DNA of 64,000 bases from Candidatus Levyibacteriota bacterium. GTDB taxonomy: Bacteria; Patescibacteriota; Microgenomatia; Levybacterales; UBA12049. Positions 1 through 9,927 of this stretch are shown here, piece after piece. Every line of letters starts with the position of its first letter. Position 1 is the stretch's first letter. The notes below the pieces were generated by a model that was not told the DNA's origin, made no database searches, and saw nothing but the letters and a program-made list of their open reading frames with translations. Made by a program: the position numbers and the translations under genes. The stretch is taken from positions 125,681 to 189,680 of the forward strand of contig CAWBPM010000003.1 in NCBI GenBank assembly GCA_963790825.1, given 5' to 3'.

Positions 1-3
1 CTT

Positions 4-606
4 TTGGAAAAACCATATTTTTTATCTCCGCATAGAAAAATTATTGAGGTGCTAAAAGCGCAGCAATTCACCATCGCGCGAGCAAAACTGGTCCTGGTTA
101 GCATAATTGGTATTTGCATTATCAGTATCTTTTTTGCATTTCAGTCCCATTTTAATTTCTTCTCAGAAGTAATTGACAGTCCCACTGAGGTTATTTTGCC
201 TATCCATGCCACAAAAATAATTTCAACAAAAAATGATCCGTATATTATAATGCAATTTACAGCAGAGGATAATAATTTAGGTATTATAGCAGTAAAAATT
301 GCCCACCTTCAAACACAAAAAATACCTCTTACGCCAATGTTTACTTTCCGTTTGACTGATCCTGCAACGGGTAAAGTTATTTTTTCTTCGGATTATGTTT
401 TAGATGAATTCCATGGGGAAGATTTCCCTTTTGGTTTCCCGGCCATTCAGAATGCGAAAAATAAAACTTTTTGTATAGATTTTATTCTCCATCCTCCTTC
501 TGCCGGTGATTTTGTTACCGTTGATACAGACAGCGTTAAAACTATTTACCAGCTGCAAAGGGAAATTTTATCAAAAATCCTCTTGCTCTTTTTAAGCTTT
601 TGGTAA
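4..606 (+). CDS. Hypothetical membrane-anchored protein; TTG start at window edge, so it may begin upstream of the window
   Basis: 200-aa ORF with an N-terminal hydrophobic segment (LVLVSIIGICIISIFFAF). No recognisable catalytic motif. Confidence 0.3.
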   Translation: MEKPYFLSPHRKIIEVLKAQQFTIARAKLVLVSIIGICIISIFFAFQSHFNFFSEVIDSPTEVILPIHATKIISTKNDPYIIMQFTAEDNNLGIIAVKIAHLQTQKIPLTPMFTFRLTDPATGKVIFSSDYVLDEFHGEDFPFGFPAIQNAKNKTFCIDFILHPPSAGDFVTVDTDSVKTIYQLQREILSKILLLFLSFW

Positions 607-785
607 GTAGGCTTCAAACTGTCTTTACGACTCCCTTGGCACTGATCACTCTTCTTTTGTGTATTCCGTTTATTATTATTTCTATTATTATTTTAGTAGT
701 AGTCTAGCTTTTCCTGCAAAGCGATAACTATCAATGAATCGGGCACTATACAGAACACTTTAATCAAATTGCGAGGCAAAAGATT

Positions 786-1913
786 CTAGACAGCAGTAAA
801 TCCTAAAATATCGTAGATTCGTTTATTTTTGGATTTAAGTAATAATTCTAAAGCTTTTGGGATATTCAGATCATCATCCATTATTTGGCTGAATTCTTCT
901 ACATTACCATCTTTGAGATTACCTTTTAAAGTCTCCACTTTATTTTGGGCAGCAATTAAGTCCTCTTCTTTATATTCCCAATTCTCTCTATAATGATGAG
1001 ACAATAAAAGCCAACGAAGCGCGTTCGTGGAATATTTTTGCAGGAGATCGGAAACCATAACTAAATTCCCTTTTGATTTACTCATTTTTTCTCCTTTATA
1101 GGAAACCTGAGCGGTATGAATCCAATACGCAGCAAAGGGAATTTTACCTGTAGCTCCTTCGCTTTGTATAATTTCCGCTTCATGGTGAGGAAAAATCAAG
1201 TCTGTTCCTCCTCCATGAATGTCGATTTGTTCACCAAAAGAATATATACTCATGGCAGAACATTCTATGTGCCATCCCGGTCTGCCTTTAGCAAACGGAC
1301 TATTAAAATAAGGTATGTGTGCCTCCTGCCCCGGTGTGGCAGCTTTCCACAATGTTATATCCAGTGGATTTCTTTTATCGGGATTATCTGTGTCCTCTTC
1401 AAATTCTTTTGCAAGGTTTAGCATTTGATCTTTAGACAACCTGGAAAGTTTGCCGTAGTTTTTATTTTTTGCAGTATCCAGATAGACGCTTCCCAGACTG
1501 GTATAAGCAAAACCGTTATCAATAAGTTTTTGGATTAATTTAATCATGGAAGGAATTTGCTCCGATGCTTTCAGATAGTTGGTAGGTGCAGTCCAATTGA
1601 GAGATTGCATATCCCGGATAAACTTACCCGTCCAGAATTCGGATAATTTTTTCCAGGAGATATTTTGCCGGCGGGCGCGTTCTAAAATATCTTTATCCCT
1701 GTCGTTTATGTCGGTAACATTTTGTGTATAGATAACAGCATATCCTTTAAATTTTAAATACCGTATGAGTACGTCAAAGTTGATATAGGTAAAAGCATGG
1801 CCCAAGTGGGTTGTGTCGTAAGGAGTTATACCGCAAACATAAAGGGAAACCGTTTTAGGCTTTAGGGGTACGAATGTATTTTTTTTCTTTGTGAGAGTAT
1901 TATAAATACGCAT
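786..1913 (-). CDS. Class-I cysteinyl-tRNA ligase family protein lacking the C-terminal anticodon-binding domain (MshC-like cysteine ligase architecture)
   Basis: CGITPYD..HLGHA (HIGH-type motif), GRPGWHIECSAM, GGGTDLIFPHHE and KMSKS at ~aa 277. The protein ends ~35 aa after the DDDLNIPKA helix, so the CysS C-terminal anticodon-binding extension is absent. The GNLVMVSDL context resembles MshC more than CysS, but this is recalled from memory. 1-nt gap to the upstream LmbE gene. Confidence 0.7.
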   Translation of the reverse strand: MRIYNTLTKKKNTFVPLKPKTVSLYVCGITPYDTTHLGHAFTYINFDVLIRYLKFKGYAVIYTQNVTDINDRDKDILERARRQNISWKKLSEFWTGKFIRDMQSLNWTAPTNYLKASEQIPSMIKLIQKLIDNGFAYTSLGSVYLDTAKNKNYGKLSRLSKDQMLNLAKEFEEDTDNPDKRNPLDITLWKAATPGQEAHIPYFNSPFAKGRPGWHIECSAMSIYSFGEQIDIHGGGTDLIFPHHEAEIIQSEGATGKIPFAAYWIHTAQVSYKGEKMSKSKGNLVMVSDLLQKYSTNALRWLLLSHHYRENWEYKEEDLIAAQNKVETLKGNLKDGNVEEFSQIMDDDLNIPKALELLLKSKNKRIYDILGFTAV

Positions 1914-1914
1914 G

Positions 1915-2604
1915 TCAGTAAGGAAGATCTAATTTGATAAAACCCTCTGAGAACTTATAGCCTTTTTTAGCTCCCAATGTTTTAGCTCTTTCTATTACCC
2001 AACCAAGGTTTTCCTTTTTTATCTGGCTTTTATGCGCAAGAAGTGCTTTGCATTTCAGATCAAACGTATCTGAAATATCAACAATTTCATTTACTTTCTC
2101 AAACGAAATTAAATAAACTACCGGTACTTTGTGCGGTTTTAATCCTTCTTTTTCCAGTTCTTTAAAAGTAAGTCTGTCTCTGGCTAGTGGAAAAACAGCA
2201 TCCAGGGCGGCTTGCGCTGCAGCTCTGTGATCGGTGTGATTTATATAGCCCCTTTGTACAGAATAAATAAAAGTCGGGTCCTGGGTTACAACAATGTCAG
2301 GTTTAATTTTTCTAATAACTCTGACGATTTCTTTTTTCAGCTTTATATCTGCAACAAGCTGGGTATCTTTATTTTTTAGGAAAAAAACACCTTTTAATCC
2401 GAGAATTTTAGCGGCTTCTTTTTGTTCTGCTTTCCTTAGACTTACAAGTTTACTTTCAGTCATCTTAGGATCATCCGATCCTTTACCCCCGTCCGTACAG
2501 ATAAGGTAGTAGCACTTTGCACCTTGTTTAATCCATTTGGCAAAAGACCCCGCTACTCCGAAATCTAAATCATCAGGGTGTGCACCAATGCCTAAAATTG
2601 TCAT
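1915..2604 (-). CDS. LmbE/PIG-L family zinc-dependent N-acetylglucosaminyl deacetylase (MshB/BshB-like)
   Basis: GAHPDDLDFG (AHPDD motif), a HTDH motif and ~230 aa. ATG at 2604 is preferred over the GTG at 2640. Operonic with the CysS/MshC-like gene. Confidence 0.7.
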   Translation of the reverse strand: MTILGIGAHPDDLDFGVAGSFAKWIKQGAKCYYLICTDGGKGSDDPKMTESKLVSLRKAEQKEAAKILGLKGVFFLKNKDTQLVADIKLKKEIVRVIRKIKPDIVVTQDPTFIYSVQRGYINHTDHRAAAQAALDAVFPLARDRLTFKELEKEGLKPHKVPVVYLISFEKVNEIVDISDTFDLKCKALLAHKSQIKKENLGWVIERAKTLGAKKGYKFSEGFIKLDLPY

Positions 2605-2645
2605 GCTGATTATTTTAGCATGAATAGTAAATATAGTCACGCTCT

Positions 2646-3722
2646 GTATGCGTCACGCACTTATTGGAATCTTGGCTTGTATAAAGGACATAGGCGACAT
2701 ATATTTAAGCGAAGCATGTGGCCTCTTATAGTTATACCAGTATAAATACTTTGTGAGCTTTTTTGCAAATGCTTCTGAGTCATAGTAAATCTCGTCATTT
2801 CTTAAAATGAATTCCTCCTGGATTGTCCGATTGAATCTCTCAATGTAACTATTAATCTTTGGCATTCTGGGATAGATAAATTGATGTTTAATTTTCTGTT
2901 CAACTATATACTCATGGAATGATTTGAGAAACTCTGATCCATTATCTGTTTGGATTGTATGAATCGGTGTTGGATTATTGCACTGGAACTGCTTAAAAAC
3001 CTCTCTTGCTGTTACTGAGGAGAGATCCGGTACATATACAACTAAGGCAAATTTTGTGTAAATATCAATCACACACATAAACAAATGTTTCTCAAAATTG
3101 ATATAGACAACTACTGAATCCATCTCAATAAATCCAGGAGAAACTACCTTAGGAGACTTTCTCACTCTTAGCTTTTTGAACTTGTTTTTTTGTTTCTGTG
3201 GGTAGACTTTCTTCTCAAATGTTAAGTGACGTCTTTTAAGTACTTTCCCAATAGTACTTTCTGCCAAGGTCTTAATACCCAGCTCTTTGGCATACGCATC
3301 AACAAAGGGCTTGAGCATACTTTTACCAATATTCCCATGCTCATGCCTCATCTCTCTAATGAACTCAATTATTCTCCAGTCTGTCTCCATCTTTCGCACA
3401 TGGAGAGGTCTAGTTCCGTGTGGCACTAAACTGATTGTCCTTTTTCCGTTGTGTTCATAAGCATTTCTCCAGTTGTATAAGCTGCTCTTCTTTATTTTGA
3501 ATGCAGCAAGGGTTGGACGCAGTCCATACTTGTAGTAGTGATTAATCACGTGAAGGCGAAAAGCAGCTACATCGGATACTTCAACTGCTAATGAATTCTG
3601 GAGCATTTTCATCAGTATATGATAGCTCTTTTGTGAGTATTTTGGTCGTAAATGTCTTACTCGTTTAAAATCACTTGGCATAGAATCTTCTTCCTTAAGA
3701 TTCCAATATGTATCGTGACTTA
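2646..3722 (-). mobile_element. IS481-family insertion sequence (copy 1); approximate ends
   Basis: Carries a DDE transposase. Imperfect terminal inverted repeats: left ~2646-2673 (gtcacgcacTTATTGGAATCTT) and right ~3693-3722 (AAGATTCCAATat...cgtgac). A short direct repeat 'tcacgctct' flanks both ends (2638-2646 and 3724-3732) and may be a target-site duplication. Confidence 0.55.
2653..3681 (-). CDS. IS481-family DDE transposase (rve integrase core)
   Basis: 342 aa. N-terminal HTH-like region, then an integrase core with QTDNGSEF and the YNYKRPHASL C-terminal signature typical of IS481/IS3-type transposases. Confidence 0.8.
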   Translation of the reverse strand: MPSDFKRVRHLRPKYSQKSYHILMKMLQNSLAVEVSDVAAFRLHVINHYYKYGLRPTLAAFKIKKSSLYNWRNAYEHNGKRTISLVPHGTRPLHVRKMETDWRIIEFIREMRHEHGNIGKSMLKPFVDAYAKELGIKTLAESTIGKVLKRRHLTFEKKVYPQKQKNKFKKLRVRKSPKVVSPGFIEMDSVVVYINFEKHLFMCVIDIYTKFALVVYVPDLSSVTAREVFKQFQCNNPTPIHTIQTDNGSEFLKSFHEYIVEQKIKHQFIYPRMPKINSYIERFNRTIQEEFILRNDEIYYDSEAFAKKLTKYLYWYNYKRPHASLKYMSPMSFIQAKIPISA

Positions 3723-3786
3723 TTCACGCTCTACTATATAATCAACTCACAAAATATAAAAATGAAAAATTTTATTTTTGCTATAA

Positions 3787-4383
3787 TTGAAGAGATATAT
3801 GAATAAATTAAAACTTTTTGTTGTTACCTTTTTGATCGCCTTAGGGATACTTGGATTTTTAACTGCGAAATATCTGATACCTACTGCTCAAGACACAACT
3901 GCCGTAGTAAAAGAAATGCGCGCGTTAAATAGGTGGGAAACGTCTTCTTTTACTGTTGAGAAAATAATTGACTCGGGAAATAGCGGAAATGTATTCCAAC
4001 AATTTCTTTTTGGGAATAGAATTCTTTTAATTGCTCAGGGGGAGGTAATTGGGGGATTTGATTTATCTCACTTCTCCGAAAACGATATCAAAATTCAAGG
4101 ATCAAGTATCCGCCTTACCCTGCCTGCTCCTCAAATATTAGTAGCACAGATTGACAATTCAAAGACGAGAGTCTATGACCGCCAGCAAGGACTGCTTGTT
4201 CCTGCAAATAATAATTTAGAATCGGATGCGCTGGTTAGCGCGCAAAAGTCAATTCAGGAAACTGCATGCAGCGAAGGCATACTTACTACTGCTTCAAGAA
4301 ATGCTAAATTACAGCTCACTTCAATTCTTACATCTTTTCATTTTACTAATATCACTATCACAATTCCCACCGGACATTGTTAG
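3787..4383 (+). CDS. DUF4230-like membrane-anchored protein
   Basis: 198 aa with a single N-terminal TM helix then a soluble domain. Architecture and length match the DUF4230 family. Confidence 0.4.
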   Translation: MKRYMNKLKLFVVTFLIALGILGFLTAKYLIPTAQDTTAVVKEMRALNRWETSSFTVEKIIDSGNSGNVFQQFLFGNRILLIAQGEVIGGFDLSHFSENDIKIQGSSIRLTLPAPQILVAQIDNSKTRVYDRQQGLLVPANNNLESDALVSAQKSIQETACSEGILTTASRNAKLQLTSILTSFHFTNITITIPTGHC

Positions 4384-4516
4384 AACACTAAGATAATAAG
4401 TTAAGTAACACTGCTTTTTTTATGGTCAATTATTTCTCTGACTGAGATTATTTATTCTTTCAGGAAAAGATTGTGTTGTGTTATGATTATTTCTAAAACG
4501 CAGACTTACGACCATA

Positions 4517-6214
4517 ATGAGAACCCGTACCTATCTACTTCTATTGTTTTTCTTAGGATTTCTTGTTTATTCTTCTGCTTTGTTCAACAACTTCGTGGGT
4601 GATGACGATTTGCAGATTGTTAGAAATACTCAGGTTCATTCGATTATAAATTTTCCCAATTTTTTTACCAGCGGTACCTATGAAACCGCCGGAGACACAC
4701 AAACAGTAGGTCTTTTTTACCGCCCCCTGATGACTACTGTCTACTCACTATTGTATACTTTTTTCGGTCCAAATCCTTTTGCGTTTCATTTATTTCAGAT
4801 ACTTTTGCAAATTACCAACGCGGTCCTGCTTTACTATTTTCTGAAATATTTTTTAGCGGAAGTAACATCCTTTTTTTGTTCTCTATTTTTTCTTATACAC
4901 CCTATCAATGTTGAGGCAGCGGTACATAGCGCTAACTTACAAGAAATGCTTTTCTTCTTTTTCGGCATGGCTGCGCTTCTTTTACTGCAACGCGTAAAGG
5001 AAAATAAAAATATAATTTCAGTACTTTTATTATTACTTTTTTCCTTGCTCTCAAAAGAAACGGGAATACTTTTTTTAGCAGTTAGCGGCGTGTACTATAA
5101 AATGTTTGGAAAAAATAAGAGACGGTTTAGTTTTTTAGTTTTCGGCAGCATAATAATACTTATAATCTATGTTATTTTTAGGTATGGACTTGCCCATATG
5201 TATTTGGCTACTACGTCAATTGCGCCAATTACCCACGCACCGCTTCTTCAGAGATTGACAAATATTCCCGCGATTCTTTTTTATTATCTTAAAATATTCT
5301 TTTTTCCTATGGATATGGCGGCAGTACAATTCTGGATGATACGCACAATTTCGTTTAGGAACTTTTTTATTCCGCTTTTTTTTGACGCCTGGTTTTTTGT
5401 AGTGTTTTACTCAGGCTTTTTATGGATAAAGAGAAAACGCCGGGTATACACAAAAACATATCTCTTTTTTAGCATCTGGTTTATGCTGGGAATTATTCTT
5501 CATGTGCAAATTCTTCCCCTTGATGCCACGGTTGCAGATCGCTGGTTTTACTTCCCGTTTGTCGGAATAATAGGAATGTCGGGTATTCTTATTCAGGAAC
5601 TTAAAATTACAAAAAAATATGTAAAATTAACGGTAACTATTCTGATTCTTATTCTTTGCTTTTTGTCTATTCTGTCTTTTCTACGGGTTTTGCAATGGAG
5701 GGATGAATTGACACTTTATAGTCACGATATACATACTGCTCCAGGAAATTTCATCATTGATAATGAGTACGCAAGTGCGTTGATAAAAAATGATCAGTTT
5801 GAAGAGGCAAAAAAATATCTTAGTGAATCGATTAAAGAATATCCGTATTCGGCAAATCTCAATAATATGGCAATTGTATATGCGTCGGAAAGAAACATCA
5901 ACATGGCGGATCAATATTTTCAAAAAGCAATCTTAAGAAGTGACAACTTTTCAATCTACGAGAATTATGCAAACTTCCTGCTGTATTATAAAAATCCGGC
6001 GTCGGCAATTCTTTTTACAAAACAAGCCTTAGTAAAGTTTCCCGTTAGTCCGGGATTATGGCTAAGCCTGGGGAAAGCAGAATATATAGAGGGCGCTACA
6101 CAAGCGGCAATTACGGCGGTAAAAAAATCTTACATTATTCAGCCAAACGCGATGACGGAAAGCACATATAAACGAATGGAGCAGAGTATCCAATTGCCAA
6201 AATTGAAATTATGA
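4517..6214 (+). CDS. Polytopic membrane protein with C-terminal TPR repeats (TMTC/PMT-like putative glycosyltransferase)
   Basis: ~10 predicted TM helices in the N-terminal 400 aa. C-terminal TPR-like repeats (EEAKKYLSESIKEYPYSANLNNMAIVYA...). Confidence 0.45.
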   Translation: MRTRTYLLLLFFLGFLVYSSALFNNFVGDDDLQIVRNTQVHSIINFPNFFTSGTYETAGDTQTVGLFYRPLMTTVYSLLYTFFGPNPFAFHLFQILLQITNAVLLYYFLKYFLAEVTSFFCSLFFLIHPINVEAAVHSANLQEMLFFFFGMAALLLLQRVKENKNIISVLLLLLFSLLSKETGILFLAVSGVYYKMFGKNKRRFSFLVFGSIIILIIYVIFRYGLAHMYLATTSIAPITHAPLLQRLTNIPAILFYYLKIFFFPMDMAAVQFWMIRTISFRNFFIPLFFDAWFFVVFYSGFLWIKRKRRVYTKTYLFFSIWFMLGIILHVQILPLDATVADRWFYFPFVGIIGMSGILIQELKITKKYVKLTVTILILILCFLSILSFLRVLQWRDELTLYSHDIHTAPGNFIIDNEYASALIKNDQFEEAKKYLSESIKEYPYSANLNNMAIVYASERNINMADQYFQKAILRSDNFSIYENYANFLLYYKNPASAILFTKQALVKFPVSPGLWLSLGKAEYIEGATQAAITAVKKSYIIQPNAMTESTYKRMEQSIQLPKLKL

Positions 6215-6289
6215 AGTTCAAAAACAGATTATTTTTAGTTTTAGCTGCTATACTGTAGAGGATTTTTTTTATAAAGTCGAAGGCGGATT

Positions 6290-6865
6290 ATGAAATATAG
6301 AGAAAAAATATTTACCGGTGACGGGGTAAAAGGGCAAGATTTTACTAATTGTGAATTTCTGAATTGCAAATTTTTGGGAGCTAACCTACGATTTACCTCT
6401 TTTACCCGGTGTATATTTAGAACATGCGATCTGTCTTCTGTTATTTTTACCATTACCTCTTTTGCAAACTGCAGTTTTCCCGAAAGCAGATTAAGTAATC
6501 TCGACTTTTCCGATGCTCAAATAAAAGAATGTGACTTTTCTAAAACAATAATGAAAAACTGCGTTCTCCAGCAACTCAAAACAGGAAGCAAAAATGAGAG
6601 AAAGAAATTTAATTTAGCAAATTCAATATTTGATAGTGCTGACTTATCGGGAACGCTATTTTTTCTTTGCAGTTTAAAAGGAGTAGATTTTAAAAAAGCA
6701 AATCTGGAGAATGTTGTTTTCGACCGCTGCAATCTAAAAGAAGCTAATTTGGCGGGTGCGAATATCAACGGGACAACATTTACAGATTGTGCAGTAGAAA
6801 AAACTATCTTGGATCTGGACGGATTTATCGCTTTCGGAAATTCAAAAGGATTTATATTGGAATAA
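6290..6865 (+). CDS. Pentapeptide-repeat protein
   Basis: Tandem A(D/N)Lxx pentapeptides throughout (ANLRFTSF..CDLSSVIF..ANLENVVFDRCNLKEANLAGANINGTTFTDC). Confidence 0.8.
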   Translation: MKYREKIFTGDGVKGQDFTNCEFLNCKFLGANLRFTSFTRCIFRTCDLSSVIFTITSFANCSFPESRLSNLDFSDAQIKECDFSKTIMKNCVLQQLKTGSKNERKKFNLANSIFDSADLSGTLFFLCSLKGVDFKKANLENVVFDRCNLKEANLAGANINGTTFTDCAVEKTILDLDGFIAFGNSKGFILE

Positions 6866-6974
6866 CAAAATGTTATTTAATAAATATGCAAACAAATTAG
6901 ACGGATTACCCTGAAAAAATATTGGCAGATGTCAAAATATTTCTGTGAATGATACTATTACAAGAAGTAGACCT

Positions 6975-7628
6975 TTATGATTCTTCGATGAGCTCCGCTT
7001 CAAGCTTCTTTAAATCTTTTACAATAAGCACGTTTTTAGTAAAGGTTACGAGTCTCTTTTCTTCCAGATGCTTCATTTCGCGACTTACCGTTTCCCGAGT
7101 CAAGCCTGTTTGCAGGGCAAAGTCTTTTTGAGTAGTTTTTATATGAATATTTCTATGTGAACCGTGAGGTGAACCGAATCGTTTTGTTGAAATTATTATT
7201 TCCAATGTGAGTCTTTTATATGCACTTCCCGACATAAGATAGACCATGCGACTGAGAAGTCCGTCCATGCCTTTAAATAGTCTTGCGGTTAAGTCAAAAA
7301 GCACATCAGGTTCTTCTCTAACAAAGGCTAATACGTCCTCTTTAGGCGCCCGCCAGACTTCAGCCGGTGTGATAGCCTCATGATAGTAGCCATTCGGAAG
7401 GTTACTTACAACCCACATCATCGGAAAAAAAGATGGTGCTTTATAGATATTTACTATTACTTCATTGCCTTGTCTAGTAATATAGTAGACCCGCACTGTA
7501 CCGCTCTTCAGATAGAATATTCCGGCGGGATTATCCCCGGCTAAAATGAGTAATTGCCCTTTCTTGTACTGTAAATAGTTATATTTAGCAAAGAATTTCT
7601 CCAGTTTTCTTTTTATTTTTTCTTGCAT
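6975..7628 (-). CDS. Crp/Fnr-family transcriptional regulator
   Basis: N-terminal cNMP-binding beta-barrel region and C-terminal HTH (DFALQTGLTRETVSREMKHLEEKRLV). ATG at 7628 chosen; the longer ORF from 7754 looks like read-through. Confidence 0.7.
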   Translation of the reverse strand: MQEKIKRKLEKFFAKYNYLQYKKGQLLILAGDNPAGIFYLKSGTVRVYYITRQGNEVIVNIYKAPSFFPMMWVVSNLPNGYYHEAITPAEVWRAPKEDVLAFVREEPDVLFDLTARLFKGMDGLLSRMVYLMSGSAYKRLTLEIIISTKRFGSPHGSHRNIHIKTTQKDFALQTGLTRETVSREMKHLEEKRLVTFTKNVLIVKDLKKLEAELIEES

Positions 7629-7727
7629 ATGCCAACTATTATACACCTCGAGCGTGATTTGGATCACAATACTTCGTTGTGTTTCCCTATCGCAGCGAAA
7701 AATCTTTTGCTGTATACTACACTTACC

Positions 7728-9269
7728 ATGCGCGTAGCAAGTCAAGCAAAGCATCGTGCAGCTAAAAATATCCTATCTCCACCCAAAACGATGCGGGTAC
7801 TTGACCGCTCAACGAATATTGAGCAGTTACGTTATGAAATTTCCGCGATTGAAAGTGAAAATCAATTACTTCGATTGTTGCTGTCTTCATCTTCAGATCC
7901 AATTCTTATTACTTCATCCAAGGCGAAAATTTTGTTTGTAAATCCGGCATGGGAAAGACTAACGGGCTATAGTTTATCCGAGGTAGAAGGAAAAACTCCC
8001 CGTATTTTCAGCAGCGGCAAAACAGCGAAAAAAGTATATCGGCAGTTATGGACAGCGCTGACAAACGGTGTATCATTTACTACGGAAGAGATTATAAATA
8101 AGGACAAGCAGGGACAGGAATATCAGATTCATTCTTCTTTTTTTCCGGTCACGAACCATAAGAAACTTGAACTCTATGTTCAATTACAACATGACATTAC
8201 CGAAAGAAAAAGGCTGGAGAGGTCTCTGCATTATCATACTTTAATCACAGAACACGTTGCGGAAGGAGTTTGTCTTATTCGTATAACAGATGGTGTTATT
8301 GTATATACCAACCCAAAATTTGAAAAAATGTTCGGATATACCAGTGGCGAGCTTACCGATAAACCCTTTTCTTTTTTATGTTTTGCAAAAGATGAAAAGA
8401 CAGCAAAGAAAATAGCACAAAAGATTTTACAAACCCTGCGGAAACAAGAAACTACAATATATGAGACTCGTAGTATTAGAAAAGATCGGACATCTCTTTG
8501 GTGCAAAGTGACTGTTTCGCAGTTTAATCATCCGGAATTTGGAGATGTTTGGATAGCGATCCACGAAGATATAAGCGAATTTAAGAGGCTTGAAGAGCTA
8601 CGGAGAGAATTTCTTTCAGCCGTTGCCCATGAGTTAAAAACGCCGATAACGGTTTTAAAACTTATTACTCAGTCTCAAATGGAGAAAGCGAAAAAGTTAG
8701 CGCAAAAAAATATCTCTGAGGATGAATTTTTGCTTATTGATCGTGAACTTAGCAGACTGACAAGACTTATCGATGATCTGCTGGACAGCTCCAGGATGGA
8801 AAGCGGAAAATGGCAGATGAACTTCGTACCTACAAATCTCAGCAGACTTACAAACGACGTTGTAAATAAAATGCGTTTATTTGCTAAAAACCACAAAATC
8901 ATTCTTCACGAAATTGCGAATATTTTCGTTATCGCTGATAATCAACGGCTTGAACAAGTATTGTATAATTTAATCTCTAATGCTATTAAATATTCGCCTG
9001 AAAAAACTACCATTACCGTTGATATGCAAGTTAAAAAGAAACTGGTAATAGTCTCAATTACAGATCAGGGTATCGGTATTTCCAAAGAGAAACAAGAACT
9101 TATTTTTGATAGATTTTATCAAGTAAAATCCGCACATCCGAATGGGTTTGGACTTGGATTATATATTTCAAAAGAAATTATTACCCGTCATAAAGGTAAA
9201 ATTTGGCTAAAATCGAAAGAAAAAAGAGGAAGTACCTTTTATTTTTCCTTACCCCTTACAAAAGAGTAA
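7728..9269 (+). CDS. Cytoplasmic PAS-domain sensor histidine kinase
   Basis: Two PAS-like blocks (FVNPAWERLTGYS; YTNPKFEKMFGYTSGEL). H-box AHELKTPITVLK. HATPase_c N/G boxes (LISNAIKYSP..DQGIGIS..GLGLGLYISKEII). No TM segment. Start ambiguous (7728 or 7791). Confidence 0.8.
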   Translation: MRVASQAKHRAAKNILSPPKTMRVLDRSTNIEQLRYEISAIESENQLLRLLLSSSSDPILITSSKAKILFVNPAWERLTGYSLSEVEGKTPRIFSSGKTAKKVYRQLWTALTNGVSFTTEEIINKDKQGQEYQIHSSFFPVTNHKKLELYVQLQHDITERKRLERSLHYHTLITEHVAEGVCLIRITDGVIVYTNPKFEKMFGYTSGELTDKPFSFLCFAKDEKTAKKIAQKILQTLRKQETTIYETRSIRKDRTSLWCKVTVSQFNHPEFGDVWIAIHEDISEFKRLEELRREFLSAVAHELKTPITVLKLITQSQMEKAKKLAQKNISEDEFLLIDRELSRLTRLIDDLLDSSRMESGKWQMNFVPTNLSRLTNDVVNKMRLFAKNHKIILHEIANIFVIADNQRLEQVLYNLISNAIKYSPEKTTITVDMQVKKKLVIVSITDQGIGISKEKQELIFDRFYQVKSAHPNGFGLGLYISKEIITRHKGKIWLKSKEKRGSTFYFSLPLTKE

Positions 9270-9281
9270 GGAGGTGAATAT

Positions 9282-9530
9282 ATGGCAAAAACAAGAAAAG
9301 AAGAGACGTTTCGCATGAACGGTGAAAGTTTACTTAAAAAAGTAAAGGAGTTAATTGCCGAAGGAAACGTCAGAAAAATTACTATTAAAGACAAAAGCGG
9401 AAAAGAACTGATTGTTTTACCCTTAACTATCGGCGTAGTCGGTGCAGTGTTGGCTCCTGTCTTAGCAGCGGTCGGCGCAATTGCAGCACTGATTAGCGAA
9501 TGCTCTATCACCGTAGAAAGAGAGTTGTAG
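9282..9530 (+). CDS. DUF4342 family small protein
   Basis: 82 aa. GNVRKITIKDKSGKELIVLPLTIGVVGAVLAP...ISECSITVERE matches the DUF4342 consensus. Strong RBS AAGGAGGT 8 nt upstream. Confidence 0.65.
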   Translation: MAKTRKEETFRMNGESLLKKVKELIAEGNVRKITIKDKSGKELIVLPLTIGVVGAVLAPVLAAVGAIAALISECSITVEREL

Positions 9531-9549
9531 ACGAGGAAAAAGCGGCGCT

Positions 9550-9918
9550 TTAGCGAAAAAGTCTTAGAATATACGGAACAAAAATAAGTATACCGACTAT
9601 GACAGATCCAAATGCCGATACTAAAACCATACCGGCAGCTACATCTTTAGCAATTTTTGCTTCTTCATGATGCTCTTTGGTAATCAAATCTACCATCTTC
9701 TCAATAGCACTGTTAATCATTTCCGTAGTGAACACGAGCAAAATCATGACGCCCAGAATTCCCATTTCAAACGGATTTACATCAAGCATGAGACTTGCAA
9801 GAATAACAATCAGAGCAACAAAAAAATGGATCCTAAGATTTTGATCATTCTTAAATGCGTAACGGAGTCCCGAGAATGCATGTCCGAAGGCTCGAAATAA
9901 TCTTAAAATGTCTATCAT
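9550..9918 (-). CDS. dgkA: Diacylglycerol kinase / undecaprenol kinase (DgkA family)
   Basis: 122 aa with 3 TM helices. HAFSGLRYAFKNDQNLRIHF..TEMINSAIE..D motifs of prokaryotic DgkA. Confidence 0.75.
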   Translation of the reverse strand: MIDILRLFRAFGHAFSGLRYAFKNDQNLRIHFFVALIVILASLMLDVNPFEMGILGVMILLVFTTEMINSAIEKMVDLITKEHHEEAKIAKDVAAGMVLVSAFGSVIVGILIFVPYILRLFR

Positions 9919-9927
9919 AAATATTTT

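Noticed and set aside
1116-1421. Many 60-110-aa ORFs on the opposite strand inside long genes, e.g. 1116-1421, 5681-5923, 8234-8506, 16241-16501, 43922-44173.
   Set aside because: They are fully embedded antisense to well-supported genes, have odd composition and no motifs. They are the usual shadow ORFs of an AT-rich genome.
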